This document shows positions 11,401 to 24,031 of a stretch of DNA of 64,000 nucleotides, piece after piece. Within the stretch, counting starts at the first letter, position 1, and the number at the start of each line of letters is the position of its first letter. The stretch is from Orbicella franksi. Taxonomy: Eukaryota. The position numbers and the translations under genes are program-made. The stretch covers positions 19,902,001-19,966,000 of the forward strand of contig OZ116699.1 in assembly GCA_964199315.1 (NCBI GenBank), given 5' to 3'. The notes below the pieces were generated by a model. The model did not search any database, had not been told where the DNA came from, and saw only the letters and a list, made by a program, of their open reading frames with translations.

Positions 11401-14400
11401 TTGGATCAGATCAACTAGTTTCGCCCGCGTAGAGAATTTTGGGGAAATAAGATATCATTGTTTACTCTTCAGCTGTACTAGGATTTATAGCACGAGCAGA
11501 CCGGCGATACTGCTGCTCTATTTGGATTGGATGCTATGAATCGCATGTGTATACCTCGCAGCACTTCAGTCATTTTTCTCCCATTGGATTTTCGAGTATC
11601 CAGCTGTACACTTGGCTAGAGAAACCCTGTCTCTGCCGCTTGCCACGCTATAACCTGCAATCATGCAAGCTTTATACTGTCTAAGCTCGATTTCCGCCGC
11701 TTTCTCGAGTCCGGTCTTCGTTCCTCCCCGAGAAGAGAGTGTGGGGGAGGAGCATGGGCTCCTTTCCCGAACAGCGGCTGGTAATCGAGCCTATGTACTG
11801 TCCTACATGGACACAAAGGAGAAAGGAGAGCTTGATCATACTGAAGGACTTCCGTTAGGTATTTAATGCTAATTTTTCTTCGACAGGGGCTTCTGTTAAT
11901 CAGCCTGACAAATATGGTCGCACCCCGCTGCACGTGGCGGCCGCAGTGGACTATCCAGAGATGGTGCAGTTCCTGGTGCAGAGAGGGGCAGACCTGCACG
12001 CCAAGACAGGTAAAGAGTTGCAAACACCTGTACACTTCGCTGCACGAAACGATGCAACGTCCTCGTTGAAAATGCTGATGAAATGTGGTGCTGACATTAC
12101 AGACAAGGATTTCAAACAGAGAACGCCTCTACAGGTCTGTATTTAAAAACTAACTCAGATGCAGAAAGCGATAATCTGATCACTTTTCACAAACATATGA
12201 CAGGGATGAACACATAGTCGAAGCTCATTACAAATTTCGTTCTATAAGTACCTTACTCCCTAATCCGATGGGTCACAGTCCAGTTGCCTCGATACTCAGT
12301 AGATTTTGAATGTAGCGCCAGTCCGAATGCAGCTGGAACTTGACTAGATGGGAGGAGCCAAGACCAAGATTCGGAGGTTTGGTACTTCTGTATGTCCATA
12401 TGTTCATGAATTAACTATTGAGAATAGGGTATTAGAAAAACCTTACTTAAAATACTTAAAATACTTTAAAATACCTTAAACATGGTGCAAAAAGAAGAGA
12501 ACAGTGGAATGCATATAGACTTGATTTCCCATTCACTTTAAGTTTGACATGGGCAATCTGGTGCAGGCAAGGTCATGAAAACAGTTGAAGAGGAAAGAAA
12601 TTCAAACTTATACCCTAATATGCGTGAAGAAAATAAAGTCTTTATAATCTAATAATGAACTAACAAGAAGGAAAAAAATTCGGCTAGGTGGCATGGCTTT
12701 CAAGAGCACCTTTGTGGAACCAGTCTTTATAGCGATGCCAACTCATTAACCACGCATCATAGATAAATCGTTCAACTTATCTCTACAGGTTGCTGCGGAA
12801 TTGGATCGTTCTGAGACTGCGGGGTTTCTGATTGATCGTTCAGCGGAAGCTGGTGTGGCTGACGACAGTGGAATGACAGCTCTTGTTATGATGATCAGCA
12901 AGATGCCAAGTGTAGTAAGTGGAGTTTATCTGTCAAGGGGTCATTGCCTTGTGTTCTTGGTTTGTAAATGAGCTGTTAAGACAACCCGAAAAAATGATGT
13001 GGGACATAAAATGACTGACACTAAGCTGTACACTTAGCTGTTCGGGAAAAGAGCCCGCGCTCCCCTTGGGGAGGAACGTAGACCGCACTCGAGAGACTTA
13101 TATTTATACCTTACCTCCATTGACAGTCAAAGCGCCTAACTATACGGACACAGAAACTGGGATGAACCTGTTTTTCATAATAGTTTTGTCCTCCACGGCA
13201 ACAGCTCAAGTGTCCTTAGTAATATGTTGTTCAGTTCATCATACTAGTTTTGTATCAGAGTCTAAAAATACAGAGCCGGAGTTTATGTCTTTATGTCATT
13301 TTCAAATCGCTTATGCATAACTCGATATTAAGATTCTTGTTTTGTTTCTTCATTACAGGCCAAAGAAGCACTAAACCAGTTTTACTCCACTGACCGAGCA
13401 AACAGAAAACAATACTTCCACTTAAACTACCTTGAGCCCCCAGTGCCGACCTGCATGAGCAGCGGATGCGCCAAGACAGCACTGGAGGTCATTGTACAAC
13501 TCAAGCAGTTCGATTTAATTATGCATCCAGTGATACAGAGACTCATCGCTGTCAAATGGAATTATTTTGGGAGGCGAGGAGCCTGGATCCAAGTCTTAAC
13601 AAACCTGTTTTTCGTGATAGTCTGGACTGTGCTGGGAATCACTTTACCAAATAACGCAGAAGAACTTTTTGATCCAATCGAGAAGAAATGGTGGAGACTG
13701 GTGCTGAGCATCATAGCGGTTTTGATGACGCTTAATGCTATCAGACAGGAAGTCATGGAATACTTCTCATCCAAAAGAGAACACAGGCTTTGGTTAAAAT
13801 GGCGGGAAGAACAACTGAGGAGCGATCTAGAGTTCTGTCATCCGAGATGGCCTGGGGAGAGGTTGTACCTGATGCAGGAAATTGACTTGTTACAGCATCA
13901 AGAGCCTTCTTATCTGAAAGACGCCTGGAACTTTGTCGACTGGCTGGCTTATTTCATGATTCTTGCGTCCATAGCAACGAAGTTGATAGCCTATTTCCAT
14001 GGCGACCCACTGGCAATGATCACACATGTGAATGTTCTATCTGCAACACTAGTGGTGCTCTGGATTCGTCTCATGAAGTATGCGCGCGCATTTACCGCCC
14101 TGGGTCCCTTTGTAGTCATGCTCGGTCATGTGATCTACGATGTGCTCAAGTTCGGATTTCTGTTCTTTACATTTTACATTCCGTACGCGGCGTCATTTTG
14201 GATGGTGTTTAGTAGACATGAGGTCGAAGGTTACTCCTCCATTACTGACCTACTCTTCAGCATGTTTAGGATGACTGTTGTGGACGAGTATAATTATGAT
14301 GGGCTCTCAAAAGCAAAGCCCATCATGGCTAAAGTACTTTGTGGTACGTACATTGCTTTCTCAGGTGTGATTTGCCTGAATCTGTTCATCGCTTTGATGT

Positions 14401-14846
14401 CTGACACCTTTCAAAGGGTTTACGACAATGTCAAGGCTAATGCCGTCATGCAGCAAGCCAGCACCATCCTGACTTTGGAGAAAAATCTGTCCGCTTCGAA
14501 ACGGCGCGCGTTCACGAATTACATCTACACAAGGTGCAGCCCAGAGGAACTCTACTACGATGATGATTCGTCGGAGGGGGAGGAGAGAGATCTGCAAAGA
14601 ATGACGCATCAAATAAAAGAGCAAGTTGATCACATTTCTGCGCACATAAGTGAACAAGAGAACGAGAGGAAAAGGAAAGGAAATGCTTCAACTAACGATA
14701 TACACAAACTGCGTGAAGATTTGAAGAAATTGGAACAACAACAAAGAGCCTTAACAGCGCAGTTTCACAATCAGATAGGGGAAGTCAAAGACATGTTGGG
14801 TGATGTTATTCATACTCTAGGCAAACGAAAAAAGAAGAAACATTGA
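8473..14846 (+). CDS. Ankyrin-repeat TRP cation channel, paralog A (TRPA/TRPV-like; ~827 aa; ~5-6 ankyrin repeats, 6 TM, C-terminal coiled coil)
   Basis: Exons 8473-9094, 11887-12134, 12789-12914, 13359-14846 with GT-AG borders and phases 1, 0, 0 (2484 nt). Ankyrin motifs GQTLMHEAA, GRTPLHVAA, QTPVHFAA, RTPLQVAA. Pre-S1 HPVIQRLIAVKW, S3 WNFVDW, S4 LWIRLMKY, S4-S5 LGPFVVML, pore FRMTVVDEY, S6 LNLFIALMSDTFQRV. Confidence 0.93.
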
Positions 14847-15820
14847 AAAACACTTTTTATCGCCATGGAACTACGAGACAATTGTTACTCATTGCATGGG
14901 AAATCCCAATGGTGCTCTTAATAAGCTTGAAGGCTCAAAGCTGACCAGTCTCAAGAGATGGATTATTTTCAGACCGGGCTGTTGGAACAGTTAATTAAGA
15001 CTTCATTTGTGCTCTGAATTCAACTCGAACATTTTCCATAGCAACATAGCGTGGCTCTCATGAGTCAATGATAAAGCGTCCAGGAAACGAAAGGTCATGC
15101 CTTTCAGTCCATTAAGAAGATCTCAGAATCGTTCTTCCGAGCAGCTTCTGTCATTGACTACCATTGGTGTTATCATATTGCGATTTTAAACGCCCTATCA
15201 TAAAAAAACAATGGACTACGAGAAAGGAGCCTTGAGGTAGTGTATGGAAAAGTACTTTCTCCCGCCTCGCTCGTGCCATGACTTCGTGAGCCGGAAGCAG
15301 TCTTTCCTCGCGAGTATTGCTAACAATTTTGCTCACGGAGTTTTATTTCCGTTTTTATTTCTTGGAAAATAGTCGCTGAATTAGTCATCGAAGTGGCAAA
15401 TAAGCGTACGATATATTCGTGAAAGTATAGAGACAATCGACTGGTTTAAGAAATATTTATTATGCATTGCAACATGATAGTCAACGTCAACGATTGCGAT
15501 CATTTACAAAAAATAATCCTTGAAATGGTTCCTTAGATTTTAGCAATTATTTAATGCTTTAGCTGTAAACAGAGATAAAAACTCTGAAATAAGACCATCA
15601 AATTGTTTCGTATCAAGTGTTAGTCAGGCCTGCTTCGCGCTGGCGAACACATGATTGTTTTGAATTGGTTTTGACTATATTGCATTTTGATTGCATAAGA
15701 ATATGCCTCATACGAACCTCTATATTTGATGGCAGATTCCTTCAGAGGGTCTTTCTCGTCGCCAGCTTAATAAAACGGATCTTTACTTATAGTCATGCTG
15801 TTACCCACCAGTTATATTGA

Positions 15821-15845
15821 AATAAAATAATCTGATTATTTTATT
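15821..15845. terminator. Palindromic bidirectional polyadenylation signal candidate (AATAAAATAATC-T-GATTATTTTATT)
   Basis: Perfect 12-bp inverted repeat giving AATAAA on + (15821-15826) and on - (15840-15845). It is centred at 15833, and the midpoint between the two TRP stop codons is 15836. Use as a poly(A) site is inferred. Confidence 0.5.
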
Positions 15846-16409
15846 ATTGTGATACATCAGTTCTTGCAATACTCGTATCGCGAATTTTAATGTTGGTTGC
15901 TGGTACATTTAGTACAAAAAAATCAACTTGATCTTCGAAAACTAAGACCGGTGGATTTCTTGATCATAAGCTTGGAATGTGATTAATGAAACATGAAGTT
16001 GGATATAAAGTACTTTCTCGCTCTTCGCATTTGTGGGATGTAACGATTTTAATTTATCTCCGATACTCCCTCAGAAAAGAAACGTGACCGCTTTGCATAA
16101 GTCAAACGGTACGAGACGCTTTTAAACGCTTTTAGATTTCAAGGTGTACTTCGTCTTGATTCAGCTAACTATTGCTTTGATCCAGGCGTGCGGGCATTAA
16201 ACCGACCTGCGGGAAATTCTTAAGCGAGATAAACACTTTGTATAGATGTACCTTAAAGACTACTTAGCTGATTAATTCAATTGTAAAAAGGCGGAAAATG
16301 TTGATGTTAGTCAAATCTGAACGTAATTGGATGGGTCACTTGCATGATCAGCCGAGAAAGCCGTGATCGATCGATCGATTGATCGAGTTCCATCAACGAT
16401 TATAAATTA

Positions 16410-16796
16410 CAGGTGACGGGGTTGCTCGTCGTACCTTTTAGATGTTAAAAAGCGTTTTGTGTTTTTTTTTTTCTCTCTTAGTGTTCAGCCTCAAAAGGTC
16501 CACAGCGGAAGCTTTCGCGGTACCTTTTAGGGTATCCATTTGAACTGAAAAAAAATGACATGAAATATTTGACAATCAACTTTACGAGTACAAGGTATTC
16601 GAAGCAATGGTCTTTATCGCTATTAAAAATTATGACAGCGTCAGTTTATGTGTTGTTTTAGATTTGTTACCTCTTAGGGGTAAAAATATCTTCAAGCCAC
16701 GCCCACGAAACAGGATCTTGGTACCCCTTAGGGTATTTTTTTTTTAAATTTGCGACGAACAATCCCGTCCTTTTTTTTATGGGAGTCCACCCTGGG
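16410..16796 (-). mobile_element. MITE of the CCCGG-terminal family, truncated at one end, just past the TRP paralog B stop codon
   Basis: Reverse-oriented match to 25276-25596 (GGTACC-rich body, GAACAATCCCGTCCTTTTTTTTATGGGAGTCCACCCTGGG end). The other terminus is not recognisable. Confidence 0.65.
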
Positions 16797-16825
16797 TCTA
16801 TATTATACAACTCACTATAGACAAA

Positions 16826-19800
16826 TTAGTCATCTTTGTCTTTTTCTGATTCATCATCTCCTGTATTGTTTGCATAACTTTCCTTTAGTCTGTTGATATA
16901 CTCTTCTCGAGCCCTTTGACCAGACATGGTGATTGTTCTTTTGCGCTGCCTCTCAATTGTCGAATCTCCGTCGATACTTTCAAAGTCAGAGATGCTTTCT
17001 TCAGCACCAGTTCGTTTATCAGTGGATTTCGCTGCAGCTTTCAACACTTCTCTGTTGGCCTCAACAATTAGAAACCCACCTAGGCCGCTCGATTTAGATT
17101 TGGGTCCCGAACTTGATTTTCTTTCTTTTTTCTCCTCTTTTTTCTCTTCTTCTTCCTTCCTTTTGTCTTCTTCTTCCTTCCTTCTGTCTTCTTCTACACT
17201 AACTATAAACGCTTCCAGCTCTTCGATTCGACCCGTTACGTGCTGTTCATACTGATCGTATTTTGAGTTAACTTCTTTGAATTCGATTTGTAACTCATCA
17301 AATCTTGCTCCGAAATTGCTCTCCAAGGCGCTGCTTCTCAATTTAGCCTCCGCCTCGAGATTTTCAAGACCTAAATCAATGCCTGTCGCAAGACTGCCAA
17401 CCTTTTCCTCCAGGCTAGTCTTAAAATTGGTCACTTCTGTGTTTACATCAGTTATCGCTGTCATCTGATGTTTCCCATGCTGGACCAACTTTGCAATTTC
17501 TTCATAGATGATGGCATTAAGACTTCCAATCTCTTCCAGGCGAACGTGAAAACGATCAAAGGATTTTTGCATATCAGTCTGAGAACGTTTCAAAAGATCG
17601 ATATCTTCCAGCACTGTGTCAAACTCACTTTTCTGCACCTTTCCGAACTTCTTGCCACCGAGACGGTCGCTGACAATGTTGTGGACCAAAGAAATCTTTT
17701 CTTCCTGCTTCCTGTTCTGCTCTTCTTCATCGGATATGATGACCAGGTAGTCGTTTCCCTCCGGACTGCATCTGGTGCGGATGTGTTCCCTGTAGCGCGC
17801 CACCTTCTTGTCGGAGGCATCCGATTCTAAGTCTTGCAGAAGGCGCGCACGTTGCATGGCAGCCGTGGCACGTGCGTTGTCATAGACACGTTGGAACGTG
17901 TTTGACAGAAGCGCAATGTACAAGTTCATCAGAACAATTGCCGCGAGTATGAGAAAGGTTCCACACAGTACGCGTGACATAACCGGATACGCTTGCTCCA
18001 GGTCATCGAAGTTGTAGTTGTCCACCAGTGGGAAGCGAACGACTGTATAAACCAAGTGCCCTACGTTGTTGTAGCCTCTGACGCCAGGTTCACCAGAACG
18101 GTCGCTAAACAACATCCAGAATGCAGCGGCATAAGGGACGTAAAACATTGCTATGACAAAGCCCCATCTCAGCGTGTCCCCCACGATGTTATCGAGGATG
18201 ACGACAAATGGACCTTGGCTAGGAAACGGTCTAGCAAACTTGAGAAGGCGGACCCAGACTACTATGATAGTGCAAGCAAAGATCCGCACGAAGATACCAT
18301 TGTACACATCGCTCTGCACGACGACATTGATGATGTGGAGTATAATCACGATTATGAGCATTAGATATGCTACCCAGTCTAAATAATTCCACTTATCTTG
18401 AAAGTACGTCTTTTTATAATCTTTGATCTGACGAACCTGTCCCTTAACAAAAGTTCTTTCTTGAGTCCATCGTGGATGACAGAATTCCAAATCGCGCTTC
18501 ATCTCCTTCTTCCTCCAACTTACGAACTTGCCGTTTTCTCGTCGGGACTGGTAAAATTCTTTGATCTCCTTCCTGATTTCGTTGAACGTCAAGAACACCA
18601 CAGCAGCCTCTAAGGGTATTCTCCAGCCGTTCTTGTCGAGTGGATAATAATAACTTTTCACGTTTGAAGGATGCGTGACGCCTAGCACGGTGTAAGCAAG
18701 AGCAAGTAACACGTTCAGAAAAATCCCCAGCCACGCTCTCATTCCGAAGAATCTCCATTTCACTTCGATCAGGCGCTGGAATATCGGATGCATGATAAGC
18801 TCGTAGCAGTTCATTTCTACAACTGCTTGCAAAGGTGACGTAAAAATTGCGTGACGTTTGGTATCTGCATCACACTGTTCCAGGAAATTCAGATAATATC
18901 TCTGCTTGCGATGTGATCTGTCTGTGATATGGAACTGGTCCAGTGCTCGAAGTGCCTAAATTAAAATGGAACAAATTGTGTATTTATCAGTGAACGCGTG
19001 CGCAGTACAGTTCCAAGTTGTCGTCCCTTTGGCTGTAAATGATCAGCACAAGAGACTATGTTCCGTGCCATGAAAAAATGAGAGAAAAAGGACTGCAACT
19101 CTTAATTTGAGCGAAGTATAAAAACACGAAAGCGCACAAAGTAAAATAACTTAGTACCTGTAATTAAAGTTGTTTTTGTTGTTATGATGATTAACTGATG
19201 TCAGGAGCCCACGACCCAAAGCCTCAAGAGTATGATATCTTTGAAGGCTCCGGGTCATGGGCTTCTGTTGAAAGCAGACGATTTCGTGAACATGCGCAGA
19301 GTGCTTACTCTCGTTTGTCAGCCAATCAGCATTTAGCTGAAACGACTGGAAGTCCGTGAACCGGAAACTTTCAATTCTGCAAAGACCGTAAGTCAAAACA
19401 AGTTTGATAACAAGCAAACTGCCACCCACTCACTAGTTGTTATTTAGTTAGCTTTAGTTTCATAATGGTACATAGTTGAGTCCAATTTCCGTTTGCTTAC
19501 TTAATTCTCACTCACCACACTAGGCATTTTTGTTACCATCAGCGTAAGCGCTGTCAATCCGCTGTCATCTCTTGTCCCAGCAGAAGCGCCTGCTTCCAGC
19601 AAAATCCTGGCGCACTCGGCGCTGTTACTTTCAGCTGCGATCTGTAAAGAAACCGAAAGGTTATTGTGGTACGTTTGCTGCTTTACCTGACGCTTTTTCA
19701 ACTTCCCTCTGTAAATGAGGTAGCCAACGCACTCAAATTTTCCAACACAAGTGTCTTTTTTATTGTTATGCTTTCTGTGGTTCCCACGTACATCGCTGAA

Positions 19801-22001
19801 ATGCTTATCGAATTAGCAAATAACGCATCTTTTAGACACAAAGTCAAGAAAGATTTTATGATAAGTAATAAGTGTTATCAACTTAGGTAAAGGTTGGCGA
19901 ACCTGACAATTTTTGAATATTATAGCGGAACGCCATTAACTAATCGTTTTTAATCATCCACCGTCACCCTGCTCCCATTAAAATCACTCCTGTTGCTACG
20001 CAAACTACACTGTTCCTGTGTAATTATCAGTTATATTCGCCCACTGGCGCCCATTTCGGAACATGAGCTCAGGGGCGTTGTTGGCCAATTTGGACGGAAA
20101 CTAGCGAATGAAATTTGTCATAATTAATTTTTTGTCGCCGTTTCATATATCCTTTGACGAGCTCTTTATTTGTTTCCTCCGTCTCACATCGCTCGTCACG
20201 TTTCTTTCATTCATGGAAACTTATTCAGTTGACCATCTCAAAAAAACTGAAAAAATCCACCCTTTAACTTACTTGTAGCGGTGTACGCTGCTTGTAGTCT
20301 CGAACCTCAAGCACTGCTCCATAGGCAAGGAGAATCTTAACGCACTGCGATGCTTCATTTTTCGCAGCGAAGTGTAGTGGTGTCTGTATCTCTCCCTTGG
20401 TCGTCAAGTCAAAGTTTGCGTCATTATCAATAAGGAACCTGACCATCTCTGGGTAATCAGCAGAGGCAGCCACGTGTAACGGTGTTCGACCATAATTATC
20501 TGCTTTGTTGATGTCTGCACCTAGACGACCAAAGAGTCAAAACAACTTAAGCTCTCTTAACTCTGCGGGAAAACAAATCTCCTTTTTTAAAATAATTACA
20601 AAACAATCGGTGTCACATAAAAAGAGTACTGCTTTTAGCCTTATTTCACTTAGTTAAATTTAATTTTAACTTTAATTTCAAAATATTTAGTTCGACATAA
20701 GGCTCTCTAGGAAGGGAGCAAAGTCTTCGTTTTCCATCTGGAGTTCTGTGAAATGAACGGCAACTTGTGAGCTGAATTATGGCAGGTCAAAAACCCGATT
20801 TTTTAATGAGATTTTTTTGTACTCATCTTCTGAAAAGGTTACGCTATCGTCGAGGGGGTGAAAAGTTACAGGTCTTGAACATTACTTGGCTGATTATGAT
20901 TTGTTTGATAATGAGAATTCCCGGGGTAATAAAGATGTCTGTTGGTCAACTGATGCCATGAAGTCATCAAATTATCCTGACTAGTACTATGTGAATGTTC
21001 TGGAACCAGTACGGAAACCTAAGAAGATTTCAGTAGCAAAAGGTCTGGATAGTAGCAGACATGTTGACATTTTGAGAAACAACACCACGTTTTTTAAAAA
21101 CGTGTCTTAATAGAATCTTCTGCCATCTTCAGTTTAAGATGACAGAAGATTCCGTTGAAACATGTTTTTGAAAAACGTTGTGTTGTTTCTCAAAATGCCA
21201 GTAGGAAATGAAAAGGGCAGGTTGACTGAATGGCTTACCTTGATTGACGAAAAACTGTGCAACATCTGTCCCCCAAGTTCTGGAAACTTCATGGAGCAAC
21301 GTTTGACCAAACCGATCACTCGTGTTCACAGAAGCCCCTGCATGTAACAAGGATTTAATATGCTCCAGGTCCAACGAATCGTCGACATCAGGAGAGCTAG
21401 ACAGCTTGGCGAAGTACACCAGTAAGGCCTGGTTAGGGTCCTCGGGCTTTTTGATCCCATCTGGTCGGTTTAAGTCGTTTAACTTGCTTAGATGCCCACT
21501 GCCTTCTTCTCCGTTTTCGCTTGGTTCTTTTGCTCCGCCTTCTCCTTCGTTCTCTTCACTCACTTCACAAGCAAGTTCCAAAATAGCCTCATAAGGTACT
21601 GAATTCTCCTTTCTAGTCATCGCATTAGCGTCTCTTGCGGATGCATTGATCTCTTGAAGCATTTTCTCACAGTTAGCTAGATTGCTATTTCGTCTTTTCA
21701 TCCAGGCATTTGGTGAGTGGGGTCGACTTCGGCTTTCATTTTCACTTTGCGGTGATAAAGTATTTCGATCTTGGCACAAGGAGGCGTTAGGTGGTGTGAA
21801 TTGATGGAGAAACTCAACAGTAGAAAATTGTGAAGGCAAGCCGCTCGCCAAGCCATTTGGAACAGTTAGGGGTTCTTGTAAATTGTTTCCCTCCCCTTCT
21901 TGCTTGTCTTCTAGTGTGTCTTCGTCCTCTATAGGAGCAACTCTTTTTCCGCGACTAACCATTTTTGCCACCTGTTTATGCTGGAACGTGTTTCCACTCA
22001 T
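16826..22001 (-). CDS. Ankyrin-repeat TRP cation channel, paralog B (~1088 aa, or ~1075 aa from the second ATG at 21962; long coiled-coil/charged C-terminus)
   Basis: Exons 22001-21239, 20520-20273, 19641-19516, 18955-16826 with GT-AG borders and phases 1, 0, 0 (3267 nt). Internal exons are 248 and 126 nt, exactly as in paralog A. Motifs GQTLLHEVS, GRTPLHVAA, QTPLHFAA, HPIFQRLIEVKW, WNYLDW, VWVRLLKF, RFPLVDNY, LMNLYIALLSNTFQRV. Confidence 0.93.
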
Positions 22002-23715
22002 AAGCTGATACTCGCTGTTAAAAACACAGCACTGAAGTCATGACGTGATGTTTTCACTTGAGAGAAGACCGATAAAAGGAATCAATGCTTACCAGGCGGA
22101 ACATGCATTAAGTTAGTTCTTGCTAAGTCATAACTATAAACAACACTTGTTCGATCTTATTCTACGTAATAGCGTTAATGACGAAGGCATACAAAGAACA
22201 TCCTGTTCATCTTGAACAGTTAACATGGTTACTGACTCACAGGGCTTTGTTCAACCTTGCTCAATATCACAATGATGCCAGTGCAGTTAATGAACTCACG
22301 TGACTTACTCAGATGCTAACTGACATTGCAAATATATATCTGTATATTTTAATTATGATTAATTAGTCAACGTGAACTCAATTTTGAAAATTTTCCTTGA
22401 CGTAGAAAAACATGGGATACCGTCTAGCACCCAGGTCGTACATCCTTAAGGGTGAAATGCTTATGTCATTATGTCGAAGTTAGAGTTGTCGTTAGATTAA
22501 GCACTTTACAAGAAGCTCAGTTATTCACGACAACAACAGCAAAGCCAATACTCAACGACTTAGTCAAGCATAGATGCTTTGAATCGCCAATTTGCAGCTG
22601 TTCTATTTGTTAACAGCGTTAATCGAAACACAAAGAGCTGCAAAGCGTTACCTGATTAAAACAGAAAGATTAGCAAGTGTACCCCACATCTTAAAATATC
22701 AACCACTTCCTGAACAGAAGTGGAATTGGACGTTTTTCGTTAAACGCTGATCAAGTGGAGTTCATTCGTAACCATTTGTCAAAGTTTCACCTGACATTTG
22801 AAATTAAACTTACGGTTTGTATAGTTGAAACGATATTTGACACAGTAGTTCTATATCGAGTCTACTTTGGAAACACCGCGCTGTGGTGTCATTGACGTCA
22901 CGTATTTTTCTTTTTCAAAATCGATACTTAAATACAGTGACCTGTTTCAGATCGTGAAAAGGAAATGTTTTTTAGTAGAATCAATGGAGCATTTAATTAA
23001 TCTGTTTCCGCCCCGGCCGTACGTCAATCGACATTTATAGAGCGCTAACAACGATTTATCCGACTCGTGTTGTTTAGCACTGTTTTGCATTGCACTCTGA
23101 AGTGTTTTCTATCACTAAGGAAAAAACTGTGTGTCAAGAAAGCGTGTAATTTAGCAGAGTAAACGATAATGCTACCTATAAGGTGCCCCTTCAAAGTACA
23201 AAAACTGGGTGTGACGGTCCTAACGTAGCCATTTTGTGAGAATGGTAACACATTACGAGCTGAGTGCGATGTACCCCCAGAGAGCAGACATATCCCCATG
23301 CGTTCCTCTTTTTCCACTTGTGGTATTAATCCAATTGCTTCATGGTCTTACACCTGTCGACTTGCACCTTCACGACTGTACAAAGCCATTGGTGTAAATG
23401 AAAAAAACAAAACAAAACAGAACAAAAAAAACAAGGAATTGACAACTCAATATCCACTGATATTGCTGAACTACCCGCTCCACAAGTTTTGAAGCTATAC
23501 ATAACAAGGACTAACAAGGATTTTTGTCCTATATGTTGATTTTACCATTTGTATTGCACTGTCTAGTTTTCTATATCACTCAGATCACTAAGGAAAAAAA
23601 ACCGATGCTGCCAATAAAACGCGTTCATGGAGAAAATACTGAACACTGTATTTTCGGACTGAAAGAAAAAAAACAACAACAAACAAGCAAAGGGATGATT
23701 TTTAAATCTAAATAA

Positions 23716-24031
23716 TTTAGTTTTGACTCTAAATTCGAACGACCGACCGATTTTAAAGATTTTAACTTTAACGCCCTGTCGGCTTCGACAACCCGCCACA
23801 GACATAGTGACTTTATATACAATTAGTTTTTAGTTAGTTTATTGTAATCATATGGTAGATTAACTTAGTAATAGTTCTAGTTAGCAATTAATTAAATAAT
23901 TAATTTTATTGTAAATCTAGGAATTGTAATCTAAACATTTTAATCGTAATTTTAAATTTTTAGCAAAGTTAAATTTAAATACACGACCCCACAAGCTTTT
24001 AGCTTTAATTATTATCGTGTTTAAATAAACT

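Noticed and set aside
11663-11866. 67-aa ATG ORF just upstream of TRP-A exon 2 as an alternative first exon
   Set aside because: The only phase-compatible donor would leave a ~29-nt intron, too short to be credible, and paralog B has no counterpart.
12127-12790. 10-nt direct repeat CTCTACAGGT at both ends of TRP-A intron 2 as a sign of recent intron gain
   Set aside because: Paralog B has an intron at the same position without the repeat, so the intron is old. The match is largely splice consensus.
16926-18758. Several 60-123 aa ORFs overlapping TRP-B exon 4 in other frames or on the other strand
   Set aside because: Shadow ORFs of a real coding exon; the poly-Ser/Phe stretch mirrors the E/K block.
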